A stretch of DNA of 64,000 nucleotides from positions 2,304,001 through 2,368,000 of the forward strand of contig OY760142.1 in NCBI GenBank assembly GCA_963663225.1, read 5' to 3'. Origin of the DNA: Nitrospirota bacterium. Its GTDB lineage: Bacteria; Nitrospirota; UBA9217. Each line of letters opens with the position of its first letter. The first letter of the stretch is position 1. The position numbers and the translations under genes were made by a program. The notes beneath the pieces are model-generated. The model saw only the letters and a list, made by a program, of their open reading frames with translations. It had not been told where the DNA came from and ran no database searches. Positions 30,382-38,838 of this stretch are shown in pieces.

Positions 30382-30499
30382 ATTGATCTCAATAATATTA
30401 TTATATTACTCCTTTTCCAGAGTAAAAACAACCTACTCAAGTGCCTGTTTGTTGCCCGCTTTTGGGAGCTGCAGTCTGCTGGATATCTTCTCCTGTTGA

Positions 30500-30528
30500 T
30501 TGACAGGGAATAGAATCCGACGTATACT
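30500..30528 (+). promoter_or_regulatory. Near-consensus sigma70 promoter
   Basis: TTGACA-17 nt-TATACT. Confidence 0.8.
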
Positions 30529-30534
30529 AAAAAT

Positions 30535-30596
30535 AATTGGGATCTGCAAGGCGGACTGACGCGCCCGTTAGACTTCGAGTATCGGAGGGTTTCGGG
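30535..30596 (+). ncRNA. Structured 5' leader, candidate riboswitch aptamer
   Basis: Starts at the predicted TSS; P1 AATTGGG/CCCGTT enclosing TCTGC-AAG-GCGGA; second hairpin CTTCGA-GTA-TCGGAG; followed by a terminator. Confidence 0.6.
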
Positions 30597-30602
30597 AGAG
30601 AG

Positions 30603-30646
30603 GGCTGGTAAAAGTGCACGAAAAGCGCTTATGCCGGCCTTTTTTA
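30603..30646 (+). terminator. Leader (attenuator) terminator
   Basis: GGCTGGTA.AAGTGC/GCGCTT.TGCCGGCC followed by TTTTTT, with no gene between it and the promoter. Confidence 0.75.
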
Positions 30647-30744
30647 TTTTGATGGCTTACCCTTTGCCCGGCAAGTTGCCTGACTTTTTAGACAGCCCGT
30701 TGGCAAGAACCGTGGACTGCATAGTACGCTTCGCGAAGTGAAAA

Positions 30745-31539
30745 ATGTCAACTATAGTAATTTTTACAGATCTTGACGGCTCCCTGCTTGATTCCGATGC
30801 ATACTCTTTCGAGGATGCTTTGCCGGCCCTGTCGCTGCTTCGGAAAAGAAATATCCCGCTTATTTTGTGCTCAAGCAAGACCCGCACAGAGCTAGAGACC
30901 TATCGGAATAAGCTGGACAATCGACACCCGTTTATTGCTGAAAACGGTGCAGGAATATTTATTCCCAATAGGTATTTTCCATTTTTTATAAATGGGGAAA
31001 CGCGGGGTGGCTACCAGGTCATATCCTTTGGCATACCATATAAGGAGATCAGGAAACAGTTTACGCAGCTTCGAACGAGCCTTGGAGTGTCGGTACGGGG
31101 CTTCGGTGATATGACTGCAGAAGAGGTGTCGTCGCTGACAGGATTGACGAAGGATGAGGCAATGCTCGCGCTGCAACGGGACTATGAAGAACCTTTTATA
31201 TTTCCGGATGGGGTGAATGAACGTTTCCTGCATGCTATTGAGGCATCCGGTTTCAGATGGACTCAGGGAAGACTGTTTCATATGATGGGCGATTATCATA
31301 AGGGGAGGGCGGTAATCGAACTCAGGAATCTCTATGCTCAAAAAATCGAAACAGTTGCCACTATAGGGCTGGGAAACAGCCTGAATGATCTCTCCTTTCT
31401 CCGTTTGGTTGACCGGCCGGTGCTGATCAAAAACACAAACGGCACCCATGACCCTAGGGTAAACATACCGGGGCTTTATCGAACGAACGAAATCGGCCCC
31501 CGAGGATGGAATGAGGCCATACTGAAACTACTGCAATAA
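30745..31539 (+). CDS. Mannosyl/glucosyl-3-phosphoglycerate phosphatase (HAD-IIB)
   Basis: IFTDLDGSLL, CSSKTRTE, PFIAENG and GPRGWNEA. Confidence 0.92.
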   Translation: MSTIVIFTDLDGSLLDSDAYSFEDALPALSLLRKRNIPLILCSSKTRTELETYRNKLDNRHPFIAENGAGIFIPNRYFPFFINGETRGGYQVISFGIPYKEIRKQFTQLRTSLGVSVRGFGDMTAEEVSSLTGLTKDEAMLALQRDYEEPFIFPDGVNERFLHAIEASGFRWTQGRLFHMMGDYHKGRAVIELRNLYAQKIETVATIGLGNSLNDLSFLRLVDRPVLIKNTNGTHDPRVNIPGLYRTNEIGPRGWNEAILKLLQ

Positions 31540-31701
31540 CAGAGGCAGGTATGCAGCATTGTGATAAAACCGTCGGCAAGAACGCGATCTGCTAAGTATT
31601 CCCGCAAGAGAAGAGGCGGCACGGCAGAGAAGATTTGAGAGAGAAACGACTCTTTCTTTGCTATTATTAAAATGAAGATATACGGGTGGCGGGGCAGCCT
31701 T

Positions 31702-32961
31702 ATGGAAACTATTCCCATGCGGAAAGAGGTCCGTGATCAGTTGGACCGGATACGAACAGCTGACATTCTTGTCGGCATCCCGAGCTTTAATAATGCGCGG
31801 ACCATCGGGCATGTGGTCAAAGCCATTCAGGCAGGTCTTGTAAAATATTTTCCAGACTGCAAAGCAGTCTTGGTGAATTCAGACGGCGGTTCGACGGACA
31901 ACACGATGTCCATCGTGCGGGAAACCGTAATCGAGGATTTCCAATCCATACTTCTTCATCATCGTACGGCGCCTCTCTTTAAGCTGGCCGCCCCTTATTC
32001 AGGAATCCCCGGTAAAGGCAGCGCGTTTCGCATGATTTTTGAGATCGCGGACGCACTTGCCGTCAAGGCCTGCGCCGTGGTGGATTCGGATCTCAGGAGC
32101 ATTACTCCGGAATGGATTGAACTCCTTCTGAAGCCGGTGCTGCACGATGGGTTTGATTTTGTCGCTCCTTTCTATCACCGGCACAAATACGACGGAACAA
32201 TTACGAACAGTATTGTGTATCCTCTCACGCGGGCGCTGTATGGAAAGCGCGTTCGCCAGCCTATTGGAGGTGATTTTGGATTTTCAAGCAGCGTGGGGCG
32301 TTTTTTCCTTTCCAAAGATGTTTGGCAGACGGATGTAGCCAGATTCGGGATCGATATCTGGATGACGACTACTGCGATAGCCAATGATTTCAAAATAGCC
32401 CAGGCTTTTCTGGGTGCAAAGATCCATGATACCAAGGACCCCGGAGCTGATTTGAGCGCGATGCTCTATCAGGTAGTAGGGGCCGCTTTCGATCTGATGG
32501 AAGCATATCCTGACATATGGAAAACGGTGAGCGGTTCAGTTTCTGTCCCTACCTTTGGGTTCCAGTATACGGTGGGTCTGGAGCACGTGCCGGTCAACGT
32601 TTCAAGGATGATGACTATTTTTCAGAAAGGGATCAAGGATTTGCGTGATATATGGATCGATATTCTCGGAGCCGGTGATTTTGGACAAATCGAGCAGCTT
32701 GGCAGCATGTCTGAGCGGGAATTCAGATTTCCTCTTTCTCTCTGGACGCGTATTGTGTATGACTATGCTCTTGCCTATCATAAGAAGAAGCTTCCTCGCG
32801 AGCATCTGCTCAAGTCGTTAACACCGCTGTATCTGGGTAAAACAGCATCTTTTGTGATGGAAACAGAGGCCATGGAGCAGTGCGATGCCGAGGGGCAGGT
32901 TGAAAATTTGTGCGTGGAATTTGAAAAGAACAAGGATCACTTGATACACAACTGGCAATAA
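31702..32961 (+). CDS. Glucosylglycerate/mannosylglycerate synthase-like glycosyltransferase
   Basis: VGIPSFNN, NSDGGSTD, PGKGSAF, RHKYDGTITN, RQPIGGDFG and FGIDIWMTT. Confidence 0.8.
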   Translation: METIPMRKEVRDQLDRIRTADILVGIPSFNNARTIGHVVKAIQAGLVKYFPDCKAVLVNSDGGSTDNTMSIVRETVIEDFQSILLHHRTAPLFKLAAPYSGIPGKGSAFRMIFEIADALAVKACAVVDSDLRSITPEWIELLLKPVLHDGFDFVAPFYHRHKYDGTITNSIVYPLTRALYGKRVRQPIGGDFGFSSSVGRFFLSKDVWQTDVARFGIDIWMTTTAIANDFKIAQAFLGAKIHDTKDPGADLSAMLYQVVGAAFDLMEAYPDIWKTVSGSVSVPTFGFQYTVGLEHVPVNVSRMMTIFQKGIKDLRDIWIDILGAGDFGQIEQLGSMSEREFRFPLSLWTRIVYDYALAYHKKKLPREHLLKSLTPLYLGKTASFVMETEAMEQCDAEGQVENLCVEFEKNKDHLIHNWQ

Positions 32962-32979
32962 TTGACACGGAGGTGTGCC

Positions 32980-33678
32980 ATGCAGGATTTCCTTAATTTA
33001 ATTCTTGAACCGCTCAAAGGTATTTATACGGACTTTGCACATTTTTTCCCGAATCTGCTCGCAATGCTGATCATTATTGCGATTGGCATTCTGGTTGCCC
33101 GCCTGTTGAAGGCCATTCTGCTGAAACTGCTGAAAGCGATTAACTTTGACGTCTGGAGCGATAGAATGGGTTTTACCACGGTTATGCGGAAAGGGGACCT
33201 GTGGTCCAAGCCGTCGTCGGCAATCGGCTCGTTTTTTTACTGGCTTTTGATTATCGTGGCGTTCATGGCGGGGCTCAGCGCTCTGAAAATTCAGGCTATT
33301 GACAATCTTGTAGCGCAATTTGTTCTGTATATTCCCCGGGTGCTGTCAGCCGTGCTGATTGTCATTGCAGGCTATATCATAACGGGCTTTATCGGCAGGG
33401 CGCTTTTAATCTCGGCGGTCAACCGGGGCTATCATTTTGCCAAACTGCTTGCGGAAGCGGCTCGTCTGTTATTGATTGTGTTGTTTATCGCAATGGCACT
33501 GGAACAGCTCCAGGTCGCACCGGGGATCGTTATTTCAGCGTTCTCCATCATTTTTGGAGGGATTGTTCTGGCGCTGGCAATTGCCTTCGGCGTGGGAGGA
33601 ATCGACGCCGCGAAGAAAATCATAGAACATAAGACAACCCAGACAACCGATGAAAAAAAGGATATGGAGCATATTTAA
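32980..33678 (+). CDS. Conserved TM-helix (MscS/CmpX-like) membrane protein
   Basis: Repeated P.(L/V)..A/M..I helices, LEQLQV and ALAIAFGVGG. Confidence 0.8.
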   Translation: MQDFLNLILEPLKGIYTDFAHFFPNLLAMLIIIAIGILVARLLKAILLKLLKAINFDVWSDRMGFTTVMRKGDLWSKPSSAIGSFFYWLLIIVAFMAGLSALKIQAIDNLVAQFVLYIPRVLSAVLIVIAGYIITGFIGRALLISAVNRGYHFAKLLAEAARLLLIVLFIAMALEQLQVAPGIVISAFSIIFGGIVLALAIAFGVGGIDAAKKIIEHKTTQTTDEKKDMEHI

Positions 33679-33687
33679 GGAGAGAGC

Positions 33688-34896
33688 ATGTCGGATTTTT
33701 ATCAGACAGGGGTAATTACCACGCTGCATAATTTAGGGAAACCGTCTCTGGAGCGCCTGGAACAGGAGCTGAAAGCATATTCACAGATGCGCCCGATAGC
33801 CCTGGTGCTTCCTGCCCTTTATTCCGAATTCGAAGGTCCGGCAATGCCGAAGATAATCGAAGAACTCTCCAAAGTAAAATATCTAGCAGAAATAGTTCTC
33901 GTGATTGACAAAGCCACGGAAAAAGAATTTCTTCGTGCAAAATCTTTTATGTCGCCCATTTCCACTGAGGTTAATATTGTTTACAACGATGGTAAACGGA
34001 TCAGTGAGATCTATGATACGCTCGCTCGGAATAAACTTGATGCGGGACAGCGCGGAAAGGGCCGATCAGTCTGGCTGGCGTACGGGTATGTACTTGCCTG
34101 CGGCCGTTCGGACATTATTGCACTTCATGATTGTGATATTTTGACCTACAGCCGCGAAATGCTGGCGCGGCTGTGCTATCCGGTGGCAAACCCGAACCTT
34201 GATTATGTATTTTGCAAGGGTTTCTACAGCAGAGTATCGGACAGAATGCACGGACGGGTGACCAGACTTCTCATAACACCACTTATCCGGTCTCTCCAGG
34301 CACTGCATGGCGCACATCCGTTTCTCAGCTTTCTGGACAGTTTCCGCTATCCGTTGTCGGGTGAATTTTGCATGATCACGGACATGGCCCGCGTGAACAG
34401 AATTCCCTGGGACTGGGGGCTGGAAGTCGGTTCTCTCGCAGAAGTGCACCGCAACTATTCGCCGCGTCGGATTTGCCAGGTGGACATAGCTGCTACGTAT
34501 GAACATAAGCATCAGGACCTTTCTGCAGAAGATCCGGAAAAAGGTCTTATGAAAATGACTGTTGATATTTGCAAATCCATATTCAGGACGCTGGCTTCGG
34601 AAGGAGTAACTTTTTCCGACGGCTTCTTCAAATCTCTTTCAGTTTCCTATATGCGGTATGCGGAAGATACGATCGGAAAATATGAGGCTGATGCGGCTAT
34701 AAACGGACTCCTGTTCGACAGACATGAAGAGGCAAAAGCGGTTGACGTGTTCGCAAAAGCCATTGCCCTGGGAGCGCAACGCTACATGGAAAACCCGCTG
34801 GCAATGCCGCTTATCCCGAACTGGAGCAGGGTCACCTCCGCCATCCCCGGCATTCTGCCGATGCTCAAAAAAGCGGTTGAGGAGGATAATAAATAA
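33688..34896 (+). CDS. Glucosyl-3-phosphoglycerate synthase-like glycosyltransferase
   Basis: MSDFYQTGVITTLH, GKGRSVW, ALHDCDI, FCKGFYSR, RYPLSGEF and DWGLEVG. Confidence 0.85.
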   Translation: MSDFYQTGVITTLHNLGKPSLERLEQELKAYSQMRPIALVLPALYSEFEGPAMPKIIEELSKVKYLAEIVLVIDKATEKEFLRAKSFMSPISTEVNIVYNDGKRISEIYDTLARNKLDAGQRGKGRSVWLAYGYVLACGRSDIIALHDCDILTYSREMLARLCYPVANPNLDYVFCKGFYSRVSDRMHGRVTRLLITPLIRSLQALHGAHPFLSFLDSFRYPLSGEFCMITDMARVNRIPWDWGLEVGSLAEVHRNYSPRRICQVDIAATYEHKHQDLSAEDPEKGLMKMTVDICKSIFRTLASEGVTFSDGFFKSLSVSYMRYAEDTIGKYEADAAINGLLFDRHEEAKAVDVFAKAIALGAQRYMENPLAMPLIPNWSRVTSAIPGILPMLKKAVEEDNK

Positions 34897-35074
34897 AAGC
34901 GCGGATTTGCTCGGCATGCACGAAAACGGCTGAATAGAGAGAGCATATATTTACCATGAATCAGCAACTTTTTACTTGCTCAAAAACACACATCATACTA
35001 TAGTAATATTTGCTTATGCAACACTGTACTTGCATTGTGCAGTGAATTGTGTTCGTAGGATGAAGGAGTTCCTT

Positions 35075-35284
35075 ATGGCTGAAACAACTCTAAGAATATC
35101 GGGAATGAGCTGTGCTCATTGTGTAATGAGAGTAAGCAAAGCGCTCAAGGCGATACCCGGCGTTACTGATGCACAGGTTGATCTTCAGAAGGCAGAGGCA
35201 CAGGTTTCATATGATGAGGCCAGGGTGGGTGTCGAAAAGCTCATCGAAGCGGTTGGAGAAGCCGGTTATCAGGCCAATTCATGA
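35075..35284 (+). CDS. copZ: Heavy-metal-associated (CopZ-like) chaperone
   Basis: GMSCAHC motif and C-terminal EAGY; AAGGAG RBS. Confidence 0.85.
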   Translation: MAETTLRISGMSCAHCVMRVSKALKAIPGVTDAQVDLQKAEAQVSYDEARVGVEKLIEAVGEAGYQANS

Positions 35285-35309
35285 TTTACTACGAACCTAG
35301 CGCGCTCGC

Positions 35310-35339
35310 TTGACAACCTGACAAACCCTTCAGTATAAT
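35310..35339 (+). promoter_or_regulatory. Sigma70-type promoter
   Basis: TTGACA-18 nt-TATAAT. Confidence 0.7.
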
Positions 35340-35441
35340 CTTTACGACTTTGTTCGGAACGGTTTTTTTGAAACGACTGTTGGCAACGACGAAGCTTATG
35401 CTGCGCGATATCTCACAGAATGCTTAAACGGGGAGAAACAG

Positions 35442-36200
35442 ATGGATGAATTGATCAAGTGGAAGGTCATTTTTGCAAAAAAGCACAAACGGCAACTCCC
35501 TCTTGATATAGAACACTGCTCTCCTCTTGCGCTCCGCAGCATTATTCTTGATGTGCGCACACCCGACCATATTCTGGAACGAATTGCCCACGTATATTAC
35601 GACAGTGACGATGTTCTGCGCGACCTTGTTCGTTGTCCCAACCTTTCCGAAACGAGTCTTGCCTTTATCGCGCTGACAGGTTCAGAGGAGATCAAAGCCT
35701 TTATCTCGGAGACCCGCGTCATGGATGTCTTATTTGCGGATGCCGAGGCTTCAGGAGCAGAAGGGCAGAGCGGAAGAAAGAAGCTTAATATTCAGCAGAT
35801 CATATTGAAAATGAGTGCTCCTCAGAAAATTAAACTCGCACTGACAGGAGCCAAAGAAGCGCGCGGCCTGCTGATTCGAGAGTCGAGCAAAATAATTGCG
35901 ATGTCGGTTCTTGACAACCCCCGGATTACCATAGGAGAAATCGAATTCTTTTCAAAATCCACGAACTTAAGCGAAGATGTTATACGCAAGATCGGTACAA
36001 ATTCCGAGTGGTCCAAGAGATATTCCGTTGCCGCCGCCCTGGTGAATAACCCAAAGACACCGGTGGGCATCTCTATGCCTTTTGTGAACAGACTGACTGA
36101 CCGGGATCTCGGAATCCTCGAAAAGAGCCGCAACGTGCCGGAGGCTGTCAGAACAGCTGCCAGAAGCAGAATTATGAAGAAAAAGATGGGCAAAGGGTAG
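35442..36200 (+). CDS. Conserved hypothetical helical-repeat protein
   Basis: KIKLALTG.KEAR.LLIR, VLDNPRIT and ALVNNPKTP repeat-like motifs. Confidence 0.8.
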   Translation: MDELIKWKVIFAKKHKRQLPLDIEHCSPLALRSIILDVRTPDHILERIAHVYYDSDDVLRDLVRCPNLSETSLAFIALTGSEEIKAFISETRVMDVLFADAEASGAEGQSGRKKLNIQQIILKMSAPQKIKLALTGAKEARGLLIRESSKIIAMSVLDNPRITIGEIEFFSKSTNLSEDVIRKIGTNSEWSKRYSVAAALVNNPKTPVGISMPFVNRLTDRDLGILEKSRNVPEAVRTAARSRIMKKKMGKG

Positions 36201-36351
36201 GCTCTCCTATAACGTTGGTTTAGTCAAAAATCCTGGTACTCACTTCACAAGATATTGTTCACCCGTCCTAAATTTATAACAATGATCTGCAAAACATCTC
36301 TCAATGTTATTTAACAGTCTGATTCCGCTGCTTTTAGACGCATAAAAATAG

Positions 36352-36380
36352 TTGCATATGTTTGCATATCCTGTTAATAT
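36352..36380 (+). promoter_or_regulatory. Promoter of the selenoprotein gene, overlapped by a tandem TTGCATAT repeat
   Basis: TTGCAT-17 nt-TAATAT with TG extension; TTGCATAT at 36352 and 36362. Confidence 0.55.
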
Positions 36381-36430
36381 AAACGAATGAGGCGTGAACA
36401 ATTATTCAGATATTCAGACAGGAGGCAAAC

Positions 36431-36721
36431 GTGGTAAGTTTTACGGACAATGCGATTCGCAAGCTAAAAGAAGTTGTTGAGAAAGACGGGACGCCGGGCG
36501 ATGGAATAAGAATTTATACGGTTCCCGGCGGTTGAAGGCCGTCGTTGGCTATGGACATAGCCAAGGATGCCCAGAAGGGCGATATTCTGCTTGAAGAGCA
36601 GGGGCTAAAGTTATATTTGGGAGAAGAAGCAAACAACATGCTGATGAATACGAAACTTGATTTTCAGGAGGAGCGTGGTTTTACGTTGACCGGCATGCCG
36701 CCGGCTTCCTGCAGCTGTTAG
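36431..36721 (+). CDS. HesB/IscA-like selenoprotein (UGA at 36533-36535 read as Sec), 96 aa
   Basis: GGAGG RBS + GTG; MVSFTDNAIRKLKEV...GIRIYTVPGG-U-RPSLAMDI...GDILLEEQGLKLYL...LDF...GF...SCSC; the frame stays open and HesB-like past the UGA; hairpin downstream. Confidence 0.9.
36540..36569 (+). promoter_or_regulatory. Bacterial SECIS-like hairpin
   Basis: TTGGCTAT-GGAC-ATAGCCAA 8-bp stem, extended by CGTC/GATG; G-led loop begins 17 nt after the UGA. Confidence 0.8.
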
Positions 36722-36747
36722 CAACAAAAGGGATCTATGATTTCGTG

Positions 36748-36782
36748 ACCGCCGTATCCGGAACGGGTGCGGCGGTTTTTTT
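36748..36782 (+). terminator. Intrinsic terminator
   Basis: ACCGCCGTATCCG-GAA-CGGGTGCGGCGGT followed by a T run. Confidence 0.88.
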
Positions 36783-36821
36783 GTGCCAACAACGATCGAT
36801 GCAAGGCGCTGTCAGCTTTTC

Positions 36822-38060
36822 CTAGGGGAAGTGTTTGAAAATGAGCGAAGCATTTGTTCCTCCGAAACCGAGAGAATTAGAGAGCGCGGTCTTAATATCT
36901 TGTACACGCATGGTATTTGGCACATAGTCCAGATCGCACTCGGGATCGGTATGATGAAAGTTTATTGTGGGTGGAATGATGCCTTCAGAAATAGCGAGAA
37001 TGCTGATGATAGCTTCAACCGCACCTCCGGCGCCGAGCATATGGCCGAGCATGGACTTGGATGAACTTACCGCAAGCCAGCGTGCATGCGCATCGAAGAC
37101 TTTTTTTATGGCAATCGTTTCGATTCTATCGTTTGGCTTCGTAGAGGTGCCGTGCGCGTTAATATAATCGACTTCTTCCGGTGCCACAGCAGCGTCAGAA
37201 AGTGCGAGCTGCATGGCACGCGCCGGGCCGTCGCCGCTTGGATCGGGTTTTGTATAGTGATATGCGTCAGCCGTCAGTCCATAGCCCGCAAGTTCGGCAT
37301 GGATTTTAGCGCCGCGTTTGACCGCATGCTCCAGATTTTCGAGAAGAAGCACTCCGGCCCCCTCGGCAAGCACGAACCCGTCGCGGTCACGCTCAAAAGG
37401 GCGGCTGGCGCCCGCAGGGTCGCTGTTTCTTCGCGAGAGAGCCCGGGCCTGGCAAAAACCGGCTAGTATCAGCGGAGTAATTGGTGCTTCAGCACCGCCT
37501 GCAAGCATCATATCCGCATCGCCGCGTTGAATAATTTTCATGGCCTCACCGAGAGCGTGGGTACCGGCTGCACAGGCGGTCGATATGGAAAAGCAGGGGC
37601 CTTTCGCACCGATTTTCATGGAAACGTATCCGGACGCCATGTTTACCAGCGACATGGGAGCGTAGAAAGGAGAAACCATCCTGGGCCCTCCATTCGAAAG
37701 AGCCCGCATGTTTTTTTCAGCGGTGGTCACTCCTCCCCGTCCTGATCCCACCAAAACGCCGATACGATGCGCGGAACGAGAACCGATCGAAATGCGTGCG
37801 TCCTGCATTGCCATTAAAGCAGAGGCGAGTGCGTACTGAATGTACGGGTCCGTCTTCTGGGCGTCCTTGGCGGTCATGCATTGGAGAGGATCGAAGTTTT
37901 TTACTTCTCCTGCGATGCGGCAGGGAAATGCGGAAACATCGAATTTTGTAATACGTCCTATGCCTGATTGGCCGTTTTTGATTGACGTCCAAAGCGTCCG
38001 AACATCGTTTCCGAGCGGGGTTACTGCTCCGATCCCGGTTATAACCACGCGAATTGTCAT
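36822..38060 (-). CDS. fabF: Beta-ketoacyl-ACP synthase II
   Basis: RVVITGIG, STACAAG, YINAHGTST, GHMLGAGG and SNSLGFGGTN. Confidence 0.95.
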   Translation of the reverse strand: MTIRVVITGIGAVTPLGNDVRTLWTSIKNGQSGIGRITKFDVSAFPCRIAGEVKNFDPLQCMTAKDAQKTDPYIQYALASALMAMQDARISIGSRSAHRIGVLVGSGRGGVTTAEKNMRALSNGGPRMVSPFYAPMSLVNMASGYVSMKIGAKGPCFSISTACAAGTHALGEAMKIIQRGDADMMLAGGAEAPITPLILAGFCQARALSRRNSDPAGASRPFERDRDGFVLAEGAGVLLLENLEHAVKRGAKIHAELAGYGLTADAYHYTKPDPSGDGPARAMQLALSDAAVAPEEVDYINAHGTSTKPNDRIETIAIKKVFDAHARWLAVSSSKSMLGHMLGAGGAVEAIISILAISEGIIPPTINFHHTDPECDLDYVPNTMRVQDIKTALSNSLGFGGTNASLIFKHFP

Positions 38061-38230
38061 AAACTGCAGTATATTTTTTTTTCGCATATTTGTCAAAGGA
38101 GTCGTTTCGTAAGCGGAGAGATTACAGCCGTTGCAGGTCGGCGGAACGAGCCGTTACCGCAGGTGGGGTATCCGTCGGGGCAGTGCAGGTTTTTTATTGA
38201 CTTTATTCTCATAACAGAGTAGTTTTTTTT

Positions 38231-38698
38231 ATGATTCGGAAGGCAAAAACAACCGATGTCAAGGCAATACAGTCGCTGGTCAACCAATATGCGACTTCAG
38301 GCCAGATGCTGCCCCGGTCATTGAATGAGTTATATGAATACCTGCGGGACTTCCAGGTATATGAAGATGCCGGCTCTCTTGTTGGCGTGTGTGCGCTCCA
38401 CATAAGTTGGGACGGGCTTGCTGAAATCCGATCACTCGCAGTCAGACCGGACAGAGTACAACAAGGCATAGGAGCCGAACTGGTGCAGCATTGCCTTGCT
38501 GAAGCTGCTGACCTGCAGGTGGAACGAGTATTCGCCCTGACCTATCAGGATGTTTTTTTTAAAAAGCTTGGTTTTCAAGACATAGATAAAAAAGAACTCC
38601 CTCACAAGATTTGGACCGATTGTCTGCATTGCGCCAAATTCCCGGACTGCGACGAGTCCGCGCTCATCATTACAATTCCTTCCAGAACAGAAGCCTGA
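38231..38698 (+). CDS. GNAT acetyltransferase, short ArgA (N-acetylglutamate synthase)-like
   Basis: MLPRSLNELYE, LAEIRSLAV, VFALTY and LPHKIWTDC..C.KFPDCDE. Confidence 0.88.
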   Translation: MIRKAKTTDVKAIQSLVNQYATSGQMLPRSLNELYEYLRDFQVYEDAGSLVGVCALHISWDGLAEIRSLAVRPDRVQQGIGAELVQHCLAEAADLQVERVFALTYQDVFFKKLGFQDIDKKELPHKIWTDCLHCAKFPDCDESALIITIPSRTEA

Positions 38699-38838
38699 TA
38701 AGCGGATTAAACGTGGAGAAGCAGCATTCTGCTCCACCATAACGGTCCTGCATCGGTAGTAGATGATGCGTTGGCATCAGTATTGCATAAATACTGAAAA
38801 TATTTTTTTGTATAAATTGCCATATTCAAAAAAACAAT

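Noticed and set aside
34995-35004. TACTATAGTA palindrome upstream of copZ as a copper-regulator operator
   Set aside because: It overlaps the likely -10 box and lacks the C/G tracts of CsoR boxes or the long spacer of CueR promoters
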